Virus record (IMG/VR): IMGVR_UViG_3300044632_000832
Span: 1-56,536 of that record
DNA length: 56,536 nucleotides
Origin: a virus
Taxonomy: Duplodnaviria > Caudoviricetes
Reading direction: 5' to 3' (one strand)
Below the pieces are notes generated by a model that was given only the letters and a program-made list of their open reading frames with translations, was not told the origin of the DNA and did no database searches. The position numbers were made by a program, and so were the translations under genes. This document shows positions 1 to 9,560 of the stretch, piece by piece (position 1 is the first letter of the stretch; every line of letters starts with the position of its first letter).

Positions 1-126
1 TTAACGGCAACCATATTGGTGCATGTCGCCACCTAGCGGTCAACGGTGGCGGCTACTGTCGTACCGACACATGGCGGCTACCACGCTGCGACTACTCTCC
101 CGTTGGTCGAGCAGTCTTGCCGTCGC
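1..126. repeat. Terminal overlap, copy 1 (circular assembly)
   Basis: Identical to 56381-56506; the following 30 nt match with scattered mismatches. Confidence 0.95.
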
Positions 127-712
127 TCACCTGCGGTGCAGGCTCGCTCTGTGGTTGCCTAGTACGAGTAGTAGCTCCATTCCGTTCCCGTTGGTCACTC
201 CATGGAGAACTTCGTCATCGACATCCAGTCGAGTGACTACGCCCCCCCCTACCCCCCCAAGCACCTTGATGCTCGGAAAAAGTAGGGATGAAGAGCGTTA
301 CGCCCCTTCGATGGCATGGTTAGACCCCCATCGAAATGCCGTGTTTCGGCACCCCCTTTGGGTCTCCGCGAACTGCCCGCAATCATTGCGAGGCAAGCGG
401 ATCCGCTGTAGAGACAGACGGCAAGGAAGATTTGTTTTAAGTCGGTCGCAGGTATCTATTGCTGAATTTGGCGACTTCGACTGGGCCGCATGCTTGGTGC
501 CATGTCGGCCATTGGGACGGTCCAGATCAGTCCGAGTCTCTGGAGGGTCACCACTCGCGGCGGAGTGGTCCGGGTTTGCCGCAGCACAGGCACCGGCCAG
601 CCTAATTACGGTAGTCATCGGACGCCCGTAGTATACACGACTGGACGCGCGGATCAACTGCGGTTAACCTTTGTCTGGTTTCGGAATTTAATCAAGGCAT
701 GTGGGGGTGACA

Positions 713-1471
713 ATGATTTTCTTTGACATCGAAACGGGTCCGCAGGATGGGGTACTGGAGTCGCGATTTGCTCCAGGCAATGAGACGTACGACCACCGAC
801 CGTTCGATCCTGCCAGTGTGAAGCGGCTCAAGAAGGACACGGACGCCAGCTACCAGGACCGCGTGCAGGAAGCCCACGAGGCTTACGTCCTGAAGGCGGC
901 GGAGAAGGCTGGCAAGCACCACCTCGACTCCCAGGATAAGCGGGAGGAGTTCCTCGACAGCTGCTGCCTGTTCGCCCACCTCGGTCGCGTGCTGGTGATC
1001 GGCGTCATGCAAGGAAATGATTTCCAGACAATCGAAGGAGATGAAAGAGAAATCCTCCAGAAATTCTGGGATTTGTTTCGGGAGTCCAGCAACCGGGCGA
1101 AAGAAATGGTGGGCCACAACATCCTGGGGTTCGACCTGCCATTCATGGTGCGGCGGAGCTGGTCGCTGGGCGTGAAGGTGCCGACCGATGTGGTTACGGT
1201 CAAAGGGCGGTATGTGAACTGGCATCCGCTGTTTCAGGACACGGCGACCCTGTGGCTCTTGGGCCAATACAACCGCGATACGAAGTGGTCGCTGGATGCG
1301 GTGGGCTACGCCCTGGGTTCTGGCGGCAAGATCGTGGAGAACGTCAGCGGCAAGGGCTGGTGGCGAACCTACCAGTCTAATCGGGATCAGGCTCTGGCCT
1401 ACTTGGAGAACGACTGTCGGCAGACCAAGCAGATCTACACGGTGATGGCTCCGGCGTCCCTGGGGGTGTAG
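713..1471 (+). CDS. 3'-5' exonuclease (DnaQ/PolB-exonuclease-like)
   Basis: FFDIET (ExoI), GHNILGFDLPF (ExoII), YLEND (ExoIII); start taken at ATG 713. Confidence 0.8.
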   Translation: MIFFDIETGPQDGVLESRFAPGNETYDHRPFDPASVKRLKKDTDASYQDRVQEAHEAYVLKAAEKAGKHHLDSQDKREEFLDSCCLFAHLGRVLVIGVMQGNDFQTIEGDEREILQKFWDLFRESSNRAKEMVGHNILGFDLPFMVRRSWSLGVKVPTDVVTVKGRYVNWHPLFQDTATLWLLGQYNRDTKWSLDAVGYALGSGGKIVENVSGKGWWRTYQSNRDQALAYLENDCRQTKQIYTVMAPASLGV

Positions 1472-1473
1472 CC

Positions 1474-1962
1474 ATGCAGATCCGAGGTAAACGAGGGAAG
1501 CCGTCCCGTTACACCGTCGAGGATGTGCAGGGCATGGAGCGGATGCAGCGAGCGGGCTTCCGCTTGCAGGACATTGCAGCCAAGTACCAGTGTGCGGTCT
1601 CAACGGCATGCGAATTCATTAACAACGCGGAAGAAATCATGACCCACCCCAACAAGCGTCGGGGCAACGACCTGGAACGAGAGATTGTGAACCTGGCTAC
1701 GGAGCGTGGCCTACCGGCGAAGCGAGCCTGGGGCAGCAACGGCAAGGCACTCGGGGAGCATGAGACGGTCGACCTCCTGCTGGCAGGCTTGAAGATTCAG
1801 GCCAAGCGGCGGAAGTCGATTGCCACATTCCTGCAGGTGCCAGAAGCCTGCGATGCGGTAGTATTTCGGCAGGACAGGAAGCCCGCCATGGTGCTGATGT
1901 CCTTGGAGCGTCTGTTCGAGCTATTGAAGAAGGAGTGTGAAGATGGGCAAGAAGCCAGCTAA
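1474..1962 (+). CDS. N-terminal HTH fused to Hjc-like PD-(D/E)XK Holliday junction resolvase
   Basis: LQDIAAKYQCAVSTA HTH; KRRGNDLERE...VDLLL..KIQAKRRK nuclease motif. Confidence 0.7.
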   Translation: MQIRGKRGKPSRYTVEDVQGMERMQRAGFRLQDIAAKYQCAVSTACEFINNAEEIMTHPNKRRGNDLEREIVNLATERGLPAKRAWGSNGKALGEHETVDLLLAGLKIQAKRRKSIATFLQVPEACDAVVFRQDRKPAMVLMSLERLFELLKKECEDGQEAS

Positions 1963-2047
1963 TATCGGCGGCTGCAAGGGATGCAAGAAGGCGGTGAAGA
2001 TCGCGACCAACACGGCGGCAAATAAGCGGATCAAGAAGACCAAATGA
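1943..2047 (+). CDS. 34-aa basic micro-protein with CKGC motif (not in ORF track)
   Basis: AAGGAG at 1930-1935; MGKKPANIGGCKGCKKAVKIATNTAANKRIKKTK*; stop overlaps next ATG (ATGA). Confidence 0.55.
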   Translation: MGKKPANIGGCKGCKKAVKIATNTAANKRIKKTK

Positions 2048-2337
2048 AAAAGCGATACTTTGTCATTGGCGAACTACCGGAGGGATTCCAGCTGGAAGCC
2101 CTGCTCATCCGCTACTTCGCGGAGCGGAATGACTGGGTGAGTGGGCCGGATACCTATCTGCACGATGTCACCTCGGTGCTTGGTGCGGACGGGGTGATCC
2201 TGGGCGATGAATGGTTTGAGGATCGCTACGCCATTGCCCTGCTGGCTGCGGCCAGGGCATGCGGTCGTCCGGTGCTGGATGCTTCCACGATGGAGCATTC
2301 GGTGATGATCACCATCCCCTGGGGTGGTGAGGAGTAG
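2044..2337 (+). CDS. Hypothetical protein, weakly DUF4406/nucleoside-deoxyribosyltransferase-like
   Basis: ADGVILGDEW...AARACGRPV pattern; coupled to upstream micro-ORF. Confidence 0.45.
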   Translation: MKKRYFVIGELPEGFQLEALLIRYFAERNDWVSGPDTYLHDVTSVLGADGVILGDEWFEDRYAIALLAAARACGRPVLDASTMEHSVMITIPWGGEE

Positions 2338-2365
2338 ATGCGGTTCGATTTTCAAGGAGGAGCCT

Positions 2366-2656
2366 GTGGCAAAACGGAAGGCAGCTAAGAAGAAGATCAG
2401 CAAGGCGGACATGCCCTGCAACAAACCGAAGCGGACCCCGAACCATCCGACCAAGAGCCATGTGGTCAAGGCATGCCAGGGCGGGGAGGAGAAGATCATC
2501 CGCTTCGGCCAGCAGGGTGTGAGCGGAAGTCCTGCACGGCAGGGGGAGTCTGAGAAGGATCGGAAGCGTCGTGCTGCCTTCAAGGCCCGACATGCGAAGA
2601 ACATCAAGAAAGGAAAGATGTCGGCAGCCTACTGGGCCGACAAAGTGAAGTGGTAA
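2366..2656 (+). CDS. Small basic phage protein (IIRFGQQG...FKARH...SAAYWA family, DUF6321-like)
   Basis: AAGGAGG RBS then GTG 2366; recognisable conserved viral motif. Confidence 0.7.
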   Translation: MAKRKAAKKKISKADMPCNKPKRTPNHPTKSHVVKACQGGEEKIIRFGQQGVSGSPARQGESEKDRKRRAAFKARHAKNIKKGKMSAAYWADKVKW

Positions 2657-2970
2657 TGTCTATTTACAGCGAGATCGCGATTGTGGCAGTGGCGGCGGTA
2701 GCGACTGCCTTTGCCGTGGGGGAGGATCCAGCCATGCGTACCGTGGAGACCTTTGGGCGAGTGGCCTGGACCGATGGCGGCTTCCTCGTTCAGGAGGTGG
2801 AGGTCACCACCTACGACGGCGGTGGAGAGGTCGTCAAGCAGGAGAAGTTCTGGGAGGTCTGCCGCAGGCTCTCGGACGCCGAGTCGATCCGGCTCAAGAA
2901 CAACGAGATGACCAACGGCTTCCTCGTGAAGGATCTCACGGTCCCCGGTGCAAGGTTGCGGAAGGAATAG
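2656..2970 (+). CDS. Hypothetical protein with N-terminal signal/TM segment
   Basis: TAATG overlap; IAIVAVAAVATAFA hydrophobic stretch. Confidence 0.55.
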   Translation: MSIYSEIAIVAVAAVATAFAVGEDPAMRTVETFGRVAWTDGGFLVQEVEVTTYDGGGEVVKQEKFWEVCRRLSDAESIRLKNNEMTNGFLVKDLTVPGARLRKE

Positions 2971-3039
2971 GGTTCTGGTACAGTATCCAGCATAGTTACC
3001 TCGTTTGGGATTGCTTTCCTGGCCATCCGAACGAATCAC

Positions 3040-3078
3040 GGGTCATGACTGTTCCACCAGTCATGACCCTTTTCTTTG
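3040..3078 (+). terminator. Intrinsic terminator
   Basis: Perfect 12-bp stem GGGTCATGACTG/CAGTCATGACCC, 6-nt loop, then TTTTCTTT. Confidence 0.85.
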
Positions 3079-3177
3079 CGCCTCCAGTTGTTTCTCTCAC
3101 AGCAACGAGCGGACTGCCCTGCCCTGCCAGTTACGATCATCCGTGGGAATCCCACGATCAGATCACTGGAGGGCCAC

Positions 3178-3600
3178 ATGGCACTGTCATTCGACACAAC
3201 GCTGCGCAATAACCGCGCCGATGAAATCACCGCATCAGCTGGCACTTCCGCTGTGCTGCGGATCTATTCCGGCACCGCTCCCGCCAACGCGGGTACAGCC
3301 ACGGGTGGTGGCAATACGCTTCTGGCGGAGCTAACCTGCGGTACAGCACTCGCACCGGCGGCAAGCACAGGCGTTGGCGGTGTTCTGACGCTGAACGCGA
3401 TCACGCAGGACTCGTCAGCGAATGCGACTGGTACGGCAACCTTCTTTCGGATTATCAATAGCACCAACGGAACGGCGATTGTCCAGGGAACTGTGACAGC
3501 CACCGGCGGCGGTGGAGACTTAACCCTGAACACTACGTCGATCTCCAGTGGTGCTGCCGTATCAATTACCAGCTTCGTCATCACCGAAGGCAACGCCTGA
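3178..3600 (+). CDS. Small virion structural protein (fibre-associated)
   Basis: GGAGG RBS; LRIYSGTAPANA...ATGTATFFRI...QGTV...GDLTLNTTSI motif common upstream of phage fibre genes. Confidence 0.65.
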   Translation: MALSFDTTLRNNRADEITASAGTSAVLRIYSGTAPANAGTATGGGNTLLAELTCGTALAPAASTGVGGVLTLNAITQDSSANATGTATFFRIINSTNGTAIVQGTVTATGGGGDLTLNTTSISSGAAVSITSFVITEGNA

Positions 3601-4073
3601 TGGATGCTGAACAGATCAGGGCCACGATCCTGGCTGACCCGGATCTCCGCTTGGCTATCGAGCAGGGAGACGACCAGCGGGTGGCCGATGCGCTGTCGCT
3701 GCTGGCGGACCCGGAGCCGACTGGTGAGCTGTATACGGAGCGGGCCGTGTTCGCGGCGGTCGGTCCCATCATGGGCGAAAGCATCTTCTCCAAGCTGGAG
3801 AGCTTCGCCTCCACTGGCAACAGTGGATCGTCCGTGGTGGCGAGGGGTCTTCGGTGGTTGCACCCATCCAATGGTGGGTTGGACTTTCAGAACCAGGATG
3901 TGAAGCAAATGCTGGCTGGTCTCAATGTCGCAGGGATCCTCTCGGCAAATGAGTTGGCCGCGCTGAACCAGCTGGGTACACGACCTGGTCAGGTGACTAT
4001 CTCTCAGGTCGGTGAAGCAGTGTCCCCTTGGCGGCCAGACGGCAAAATCCAACCGATCCCGAGCGAGGTGTAA
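3600..4073 (+). CDS. Hypothetical protein
   Basis: TGATG-coupled ORF in structural cluster. Confidence 0.6.
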   Translation: MDAEQIRATILADPDLRLAIEQGDDQRVADALSLLADPEPTGELYTERAVFAAVGPIMGESIFSKLESFASTGNSGSSVVARGLRWLHPSNGGLDFQNQDVKQMLAGLNVAGILSANELAALNQLGTRPGQVTISQVGEAVSPWRPDGKIQPIPSEV

Positions 4074-4076
4074 CGC

Positions 4077-4607
4077 ATGGCACTGCCCGACTATGTAGAG
4101 ATCACACAGGGGACGGCAATCGTCTTCGGGGAGAGCGGTGCCTCTGGCGTGACGCACACGCTGAGTTTTGATGGGCAGGCGAACGCTACGGCGCAGATGA
4201 GTGCATCGGCAGACCTCGGTGCCAACTACGCTGACGAATACTTGGTCTACTTTCGTATTGAAACCGGGACTGCCCCCACTGCCGGTAACACGATGGACCT
4301 TTACCTGTTGTCAAGCTACGACAACACCAACTGGCCCGCCAAGGTAACTGGCAGTGCTGGCTCCTACACGCTCGGCAGCAGTGACGCCAACATCAAGCAG
4401 GCTGGACCTCCAGTGTCTGTGCTGATTGCAACGGCAGACACCAACACCGTGCTAGAGCAGCAGCCAGTGATCTGGCGACCGCGTGGACGGTATGTGGTGG
4501 CGATTGCCGACAACAACCTGGGGCAGGCGGTCAGGGATGAGATTACTGCCACTGACAATGGCTCTCGTGTAATCCTGGTTCCGCGACGAGTGGTCATTAA
4601 CGAATAG
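4077..4607 (+). CDS. Hypothetical beta-rich virion protein
   Basis: Abutting ORF, beta-sandwich-like composition, precedes LamG gene. Confidence 0.6.
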   Translation: MALPDYVEITQGTAIVFGESGASGVTHTLSFDGQANATAQMSASADLGANYADEYLVYFRIETGTAPTAGNTMDLYLLSSYDNTNWPAKVTGSAGSYTLGSSDANIKQAGPPVSVLIATADTNTVLEQQPVIWRPRGRYVVAIADNNLGQAVRDEITATDNGSRVILVPRRVVINE

Positions 4608-4614
4608 GCCACCA

Positions 4615-6219
4615 ATGCGGTATCCCAGCTGGTCCGATTACGCAACTGGAGATCAGAGCGATGCTCCACACCTGCATCGCAACCTCTGGGCTGCGTGGAT
4701 GCCGGTGCTGGGTTCCACAGGCTCAACCCTCTTCGATGTTGGACCTCGCGGATACCACGCGGCTGCGAACAATCGAACGAATGCCACTGACTGGGTAACG
4801 AAGCAGTTCAGCTCAGCCTATTTCCAAGAGGCGAACGCCACTGGGCGATTCATTCCGCCTCTATCTTCTTCGCTCCTTGGTCAGGGTGAGGCAACAATCT
4901 CCTGCTGGGTGTGGTTGGTTTCCACTCCAGCGACAACCGCTGCGATCTATCAGGACACTGCTACTGGGCTCACTGGTGCGAGGTTTGGCCTGCTCTGGGT
5001 GAATACTGGAAACATCCAGTTCCAGATGCGTGATCCGTATACTCAGCGATCATTAAGTCCATTGAGTGCTTCAGTCACTACCGACACTTATGGTCGATGG
5101 TCTCATTGGTGTGCGACCTACTCAGCAGCACAGGCGACGATCAATCTCTATCGAGATGGAGTCTCCGTCCGCACGGCATCAAATAGCGGCGATGTGATTC
5201 GTTCCACATCGGCTTACGGGATCGGCATTGGTGGCCGCATCAGTTCAGCTGCTGCTGAAGCATCGAATGATCTGTATATAGCAGACATCCGACTGTGGAA
5301 TCGTTCTCTCAGCAGTGAGGAAGTTCGAGAGCTTGGTTCTGGACCTGGGGCAGGCTTCCGCCGCAGGAGCATGCTGTCTCGTGTCGCCATATCGCTAGGC
5401 GCAGAGACGATCACAGGCAGTAGTGCAGTAATCACAGATGCAGCGACATCATCCGCGTCTGGCCTGCAAACGATCACAGGGTCGGCATCGGCTTCGACAG
5501 ACACTTCTGTTTGCTCGGCTTTAGGCCAAGTTCAAGTAGTTGGTTCAGCATCGACGACACTCAGCGATTCCTCTTCTGCTGCCAGTGGTTCGGTCGCTGT
5601 AATTGGAACTGCTTCGAGCGTCACTGGCGACTCCAGCTGTTCCTCTGCTGGGATTGTCAGTGTGTCTGGCGCGTCATCAGCGACAACCCACGATGCCACA
5701 TCGTCAGCTGTAGGCGGATCTGGATTCTTTGGATCTGCATCCCTTCAGCTAGAGCAAGCTGTTTCTCAGTGTGACGCAGTTGTTTCGAGTATTGGATCAG
5801 GTGCTGCATCCACTGACTGCCAATGCGGTTCTAGTGGATTGGTCACCGATGTCGGCTCTTCATCGGTAACAACGGAAGACGCGCTGGCTTCAGCGTCCGC
5901 ATTTGTCGGGCTCATTGGGGCAGGCTCTTCGACGACAGGAGCATCGGGTGCAGCATCTGGTGTTGTCTCTGTCATCGCGGTAGGGCTGGCGACAACTGGC
6001 GACTCTATCTCGCAAGCCACAGGCGGAATCCCGACTCAGGGTTCAGTGGCAGTAACACTTGAGTCCGCATACTGCATTAGTGCTGGAGTGGTCAAAGAGA
6101 TTGATGTTGTGCTGGATGCCTCTGTGGAACTAACAGAGTTGTCGGGAGGTATATCGGTCCCCTCGGTCCAGGGCCGCGTAAGATACGACGTATTGGAGGG
6201 TCGCAAGATATGGCCGTAA
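4615..6219 (+). CDS. LamG/concanavalin-A-like lectin domain plus Ser/Ala/Gly-rich repeat stalk
   Basis: TISCWV, WSHWCATY...LYRDG, IADIRLWNRSLS; ~24-aa S/G/A repeats in C-terminal half. Confidence 0.75.
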   Translation: MRYPSWSDYATGDQSDAPHLHRNLWAAWMPVLGSTGSTLFDVGPRGYHAAANNRTNATDWVTKQFSSAYFQEANATGRFIPPLSSSLLGQGEATISCWVWLVSTPATTAAIYQDTATGLTGARFGLLWVNTGNIQFQMRDPYTQRSLSPLSASVTTDTYGRWSHWCATYSAAQATINLYRDGVSVRTASNSGDVIRSTSAYGIGIGGRISSAAAEASNDLYIADIRLWNRSLSSEEVRELGSGPGAGFRRRSMLSRVAISLGAETITGSSAVITDAATSSASGLQTITGSASASTDTSVCSALGQVQVVGSASTTLSDSSSAASGSVAVIGTASSVTGDSSCSSAGIVSVSGASSATTHDATSSAVGGSGFFGSASLQLEQAVSQCDAVVSSIGSGAASTDCQCGSSGLVTDVGSSSVTTEDALASASAFVGLIGAGSSTTGASGAASGVVSVIAVGLATTGDSISQATGGIPTQGSVAVTLESAYCISAGVVKEIDVVLDASVELTELSGGISVPSVQGRVRYDVLEGRKIWP

Positions 6220-6548
6220 GGGTGATCTACCAGAATGACACGAGGCACCTGCTGTTGCAAATCGCTGACCCTCGCGATCCATCAGGGATCTACGACTTGT
6301 CATTTGCTCAGACAATCGAAGTTGCCATTGGCGATTGCCCAGCAGGTGCTATCCAGACATTTACCTTCCCTGCTGCCGCAGTGACGGTTGGTCCACCAGC
6401 CAATGGAGAGGTATCGTTGACGCTGGATCCAGCCCAGACGGCTTTGATCCCCGAGGGGAAGCATGAGCTTCGCATTCGCGTGATAGAAAGCGACGGCGAC
6501 AGGTACACCGTGTACACCGAAGTTGTGCTTGTGAAGTGCGCGCTTTGA
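6210..6548 (+). CDS. BppU-N-like small structural protein
   Basis: IYQND...YDLS...NGEVSLTLDPAQT...GKHELRIRV pattern. Confidence 0.55.
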   Translation: MAVRVIYQNDTRHLLLQIADPRDPSGIYDLSFAQTIEVAIGDCPAGAIQTFTFPAAAVTVGPPANGEVSLTLDPAQTALIPEGKHELRIRVIESDGDRYTVYTEVVLVKCAL

Positions 6549-6552
6549 AAGC

Positions 6553-7995
6553 GTGCAGAATGGGGGGCATCTTGTGACTGCAACTGTCGACACTACGCAG
6601 CTAGCCTCGATGCTTGCCCAGGCCAGTACGATTGGTTGGGGGCGAGTCGCCATGGGGGAGAACTTCCACGCCTACCCGTGGCTGCGTGTGCTTGAACACA
6701 AGTACTTGCTGCCACTTGAGTTAGGGCAAATCAAAAGGCTGGCTATCTCTGCTCCAAGCCAGCATGGGAAATCCACGGTTGCCGCGAATCTATTTGCCAG
6801 CAGGTACTTGGCGAAGAATCCAGACAAGCATGTGACCATCGTTTCTTACGGTGATGACCGCGCACAAAACATTGGATCGCAATGCCGCGACCTGCTTACC
6901 GAGCATGGGCATCTGTTCAACGTCGAGGTTGATAAGGGCAATCGCTCGAAGGTCCATTGGTTCTTGCACGGCCACCGTGGCAGCATGCGTTCGGTTGGCT
7001 GGGGCTCTCCACTCACGGGTTTCCCATCAGACCTCTTGGTGATCGACGACATCTGCAAGTCGATGGAAGAAGCATTGTCCTCCACCTTCCAGGCGAAGTG
7101 GATGCAGTTCTGGCAGGCCGTTGCCAGTCAGCGTCTCTCGAAGGATGCGAGGGTCTTGCTGATTGGAACCAGGTGGTCGCCAGACGATCTGATCGGTCAG
7201 ATCCTTAGGGAGAAGCGCACCTACGGCCCGCAGTGGAGTGAGGCGGTCTTCAAGGCTATCGCCACCGAGGACGAGGTCGACCACAAGGGAGAAGTCTGGA
7301 GGAAGGATGGCGATCCCCTCTGTGCAGACCTGCACCCCATCGAGCAGCTGCTGGAGGCCAAGCACACGTTCCCCAGGCATATCTGGGAGACGATGTACCA
7401 GGGCAACCCGGTCACGCCCGATGGAAACCTGTGGGACGGCAATCTGTTTGTGGACACGGACGAGCATCCTATGTGGTGCGATGAGTTGCCATCCGACATC
7501 CTCTATTGCACCATCGCGGTCGACCATGCTCTGGGTCGCGACCTGAAGAACTCCGACTACTCGGCCATCGTGGCACTGGCTGTGAGCAAAACTTCCGAGC
7601 GTCTTTATGTTAAGGCATCTCTGGAACGCACGGGACCGGACCAGACCATCGATAGGCTAATCGATTTCATCCGAGACCTGCCGGTGCAGCCCGACATCAT
7701 CGGATCGGACGCGAACCAGTTCCAGAGCTTTATCGTCAACATCGCAGCGGATCGCCTTCAGGATGCGGGCATTGTCACCCCAATTGTCCCCATTGAAGAA
7801 GATATGCGTGTAAACAAAGAGAATCGAATTATGGAGCTGGACGGTTCTGTCCGGCACCAGGATTTCCTATTCGTCCGTGACAAGGGGACGGAAATCCTTG
7901 TATCCCAGCTGAAGGCATTCCCCCACGGGCGACATGATGACGGGCCTGATGCCCTGCACATGGCAGCCAAGATGATGAGGATGATCGCGGAATGA
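6553..7995 (+). CDS. terL: Terminase large subunit
   Basis: Walker A APSQHGKST, Walker B LLVIDD, GTRW..DD, nuclease VDHA..DYSA, FPHGRHDDGPDA. Confidence 0.93.
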   Translation: MQNGGHLVTATVDTTQLASMLAQASTIGWGRVAMGENFHAYPWLRVLEHKYLLPLELGQIKRLAISAPSQHGKSTVAANLFASRYLAKNPDKHVTIVSYGDDRAQNIGSQCRDLLTEHGHLFNVEVDKGNRSKVHWFLHGHRGSMRSVGWGSPLTGFPSDLLVIDDICKSMEEALSSTFQAKWMQFWQAVASQRLSKDARVLLIGTRWSPDDLIGQILREKRTYGPQWSEAVFKAIATEDEVDHKGEVWRKDGDPLCADLHPIEQLLEAKHTFPRHIWETMYQGNPVTPDGNLWDGNLFVDTDEHPMWCDELPSDILYCTIAVDHALGRDLKNSDYSAIVALAVSKTSERLYVKASLERTGPDQTIDRLIDFIRDLPVQPDIIGSDANQFQSFIVNIAADRLQDAGIVTPIVPIEEDMRVNKENRIMELDGSVRHQDFLFVRDKGTEILVSQLKAFPHGRHDDGPDALHMAAKMMRMIAE

Positions 7996-9503
7996 TTGAC
8001 GAATCTGTAAGCGGTGAACTCCAGATCATGGAGCAGTTGTCCAATCGCCTGGGCGGGTTGACTAGAGAGGCCATGTGCCAGTCAGGCTGGAACGGCTTTG
8101 GCACGTTCGGCTACTGGGACGACAGTGGCAAACGGCTGCCATACTACGACTCGACCAGCATGGACCACATGTACCGTGTTGGCTTCGAGCTGTGGCGGTT
8201 CCCGATCATCAAGGCCATGATCGAGCATCTGATCAGTTATTGCGTGGCGAAGGGCCATAAGTACATCCCCCAGCGAAAGACGGGGAAGTCAGTGACCCAA
8301 AGCACACTGACTCGGATCGAGGGTGCCATCGAAGACATCATGGAGGAGGTGGACCTGGGCAACGCCACGGGTTGGTACTTGCTCCAAGAGGAGACCGTCC
8401 GCCGCCATTACCGGGACGGCCAGTGGTTCCGCAAGTTCGGTTTCTACGCTGACGGCAGGCTCTGGGTCCGGTTCATCGAGCCCATGGACATCAGGCCACC
8501 ATCCTTCTTGCCGACCTCCGTTTCCAGCACTGGCCCTGTCGATCAGGTGCGACTGGTCAATATCTCGGGCCAGGTGGTCCCGGTCGTTGGCAGCACCGTC
8601 TGGCTGGGCGAGTTCGGGGTTGTCACCGATCTCAACGATGCCTGCAACATCATTGGCTACTGGAGGAGACGCATTCGCCAAAATGGCGAACTGGGAAAAG
8701 TTTCCGAGTATTTTTTCGAGCCTGCCTTAAACATCCAGTCTGGCAAGGCTGGGGTGGACATGAACGACCCCCGAGGGGTGCCTGCCTTCTATGATGTGTA
8801 CTGCCATTGTAAGCAGTTGGAGGAGGTTATTAATGCCATGGTGGAGCTGGCGATCACCCAGTCCAGCTTCGCTGCGGTGTACACCCACAAGGCTGCGACC
8901 ACTGCGGATGCACTGCGGAACATCGCCAAGCAGACCCAGAAGATGGTCCAAGAGAACGACGGCAGGCCCAATCCTGGGCAGATCGTGCATGTGAAGGGAG
9001 CCGAGTTGGAGCTTCCCGGCATGAACGTCCGTGCCACTCAATACGTTGAATTGATCCAGTCGCTTCAGAGAATTCTGGGAAATATTTATGGAATCCCAGA
9101 ATTTATGGCGACTGGTGACGCAAATACCGGGAATCGCTCATCGCTGATTGCAGCCGAAGGTCCGTTCGCTTTGCGTGTTCAGCGAGAGCAGAAGAACCAG
9201 TCCGCCCATGATGTTGACCTGATGTGGCAGGCAGTTGCGAGGAAGCTGGGGTGGACGCAGTCCAAGCTGGCATCTGTCCAGTTGAGTGTCCGCATACGGG
9301 CAGAGTACCCGACCGCAGCCATCCGCGATTGGGCCAAGGAGATGAACGTCATGTTGGAGCTGTACAAGGAAGGCGTTGTGTCTGCTCAGCAGATCAATCG
9401 ACGCATGGATGTTGATGACGAGCAAATGGTCTATGAGTTGAAAGTTCGAGAAGCAACTCCCACGAGGACTCCGCAGCCTGCTGAGCCAAATAATCCGCAG
9501 TAA
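7992..9503 (+). CDS. Portal protein
   Basis: 503 aa, ATGA-coupled to terL; RDGQWF, RFIEP, RGVP, GIPEFM..GDANTGNRSS motifs. Confidence 0.85.
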   Translation: MIDESVSGELQIMEQLSNRLGGLTREAMCQSGWNGFGTFGYWDDSGKRLPYYDSTSMDHMYRVGFELWRFPIIKAMIEHLISYCVAKGHKYIPQRKTGKSVTQSTLTRIEGAIEDIMEEVDLGNATGWYLLQEETVRRHYRDGQWFRKFGFYADGRLWVRFIEPMDIRPPSFLPTSVSSTGPVDQVRLVNISGQVVPVVGSTVWLGEFGVVTDLNDACNIIGYWRRRIRQNGELGKVSEYFFEPALNIQSGKAGVDMNDPRGVPAFYDVYCHCKQLEEVINAMVELAITQSSFAAVYTHKAATTADALRNIAKQTQKMVQENDGRPNPGQIVHVKGAELELPGMNVRATQYVELIQSLQRILGNIYGIPEFMATGDANTGNRSSLIAAEGPFALRVQREQKNQSAHDVDLMWQAVARKLGWTQSKLASVQLSVRIRAEYPTAAIRDWAKEMNVMLELYKEGVVSAQQINRRMDVDDEQMVYELKVREATPTRTPQPAEPNNPQ

Positions 9504-9544
9504 GGCTGTAAATGGAATTTAGCAGGGAAGCTAACAGCCTTTTT
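9502..9544 (+). promoter_or_regulatory. Structured leader / possible attenuator with AGGGAA hexaloop
   Basis: Outer stem AAGGCTGT/ACAGCCTT, inner TAGC-AGGGAA-GCTA, followed by T run, 16 nt before ATG 9561. Confidence 0.5.
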
Positions 9545-9560
9545 AAAATACTGGAGTGCC

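Noticed and set aside
23-631. 202-aa ORF and the opposite 298-657 ORF as genes
   Set aside because: Low-complexity S/R/P-rich translation, no RBS and no recognisable domain.
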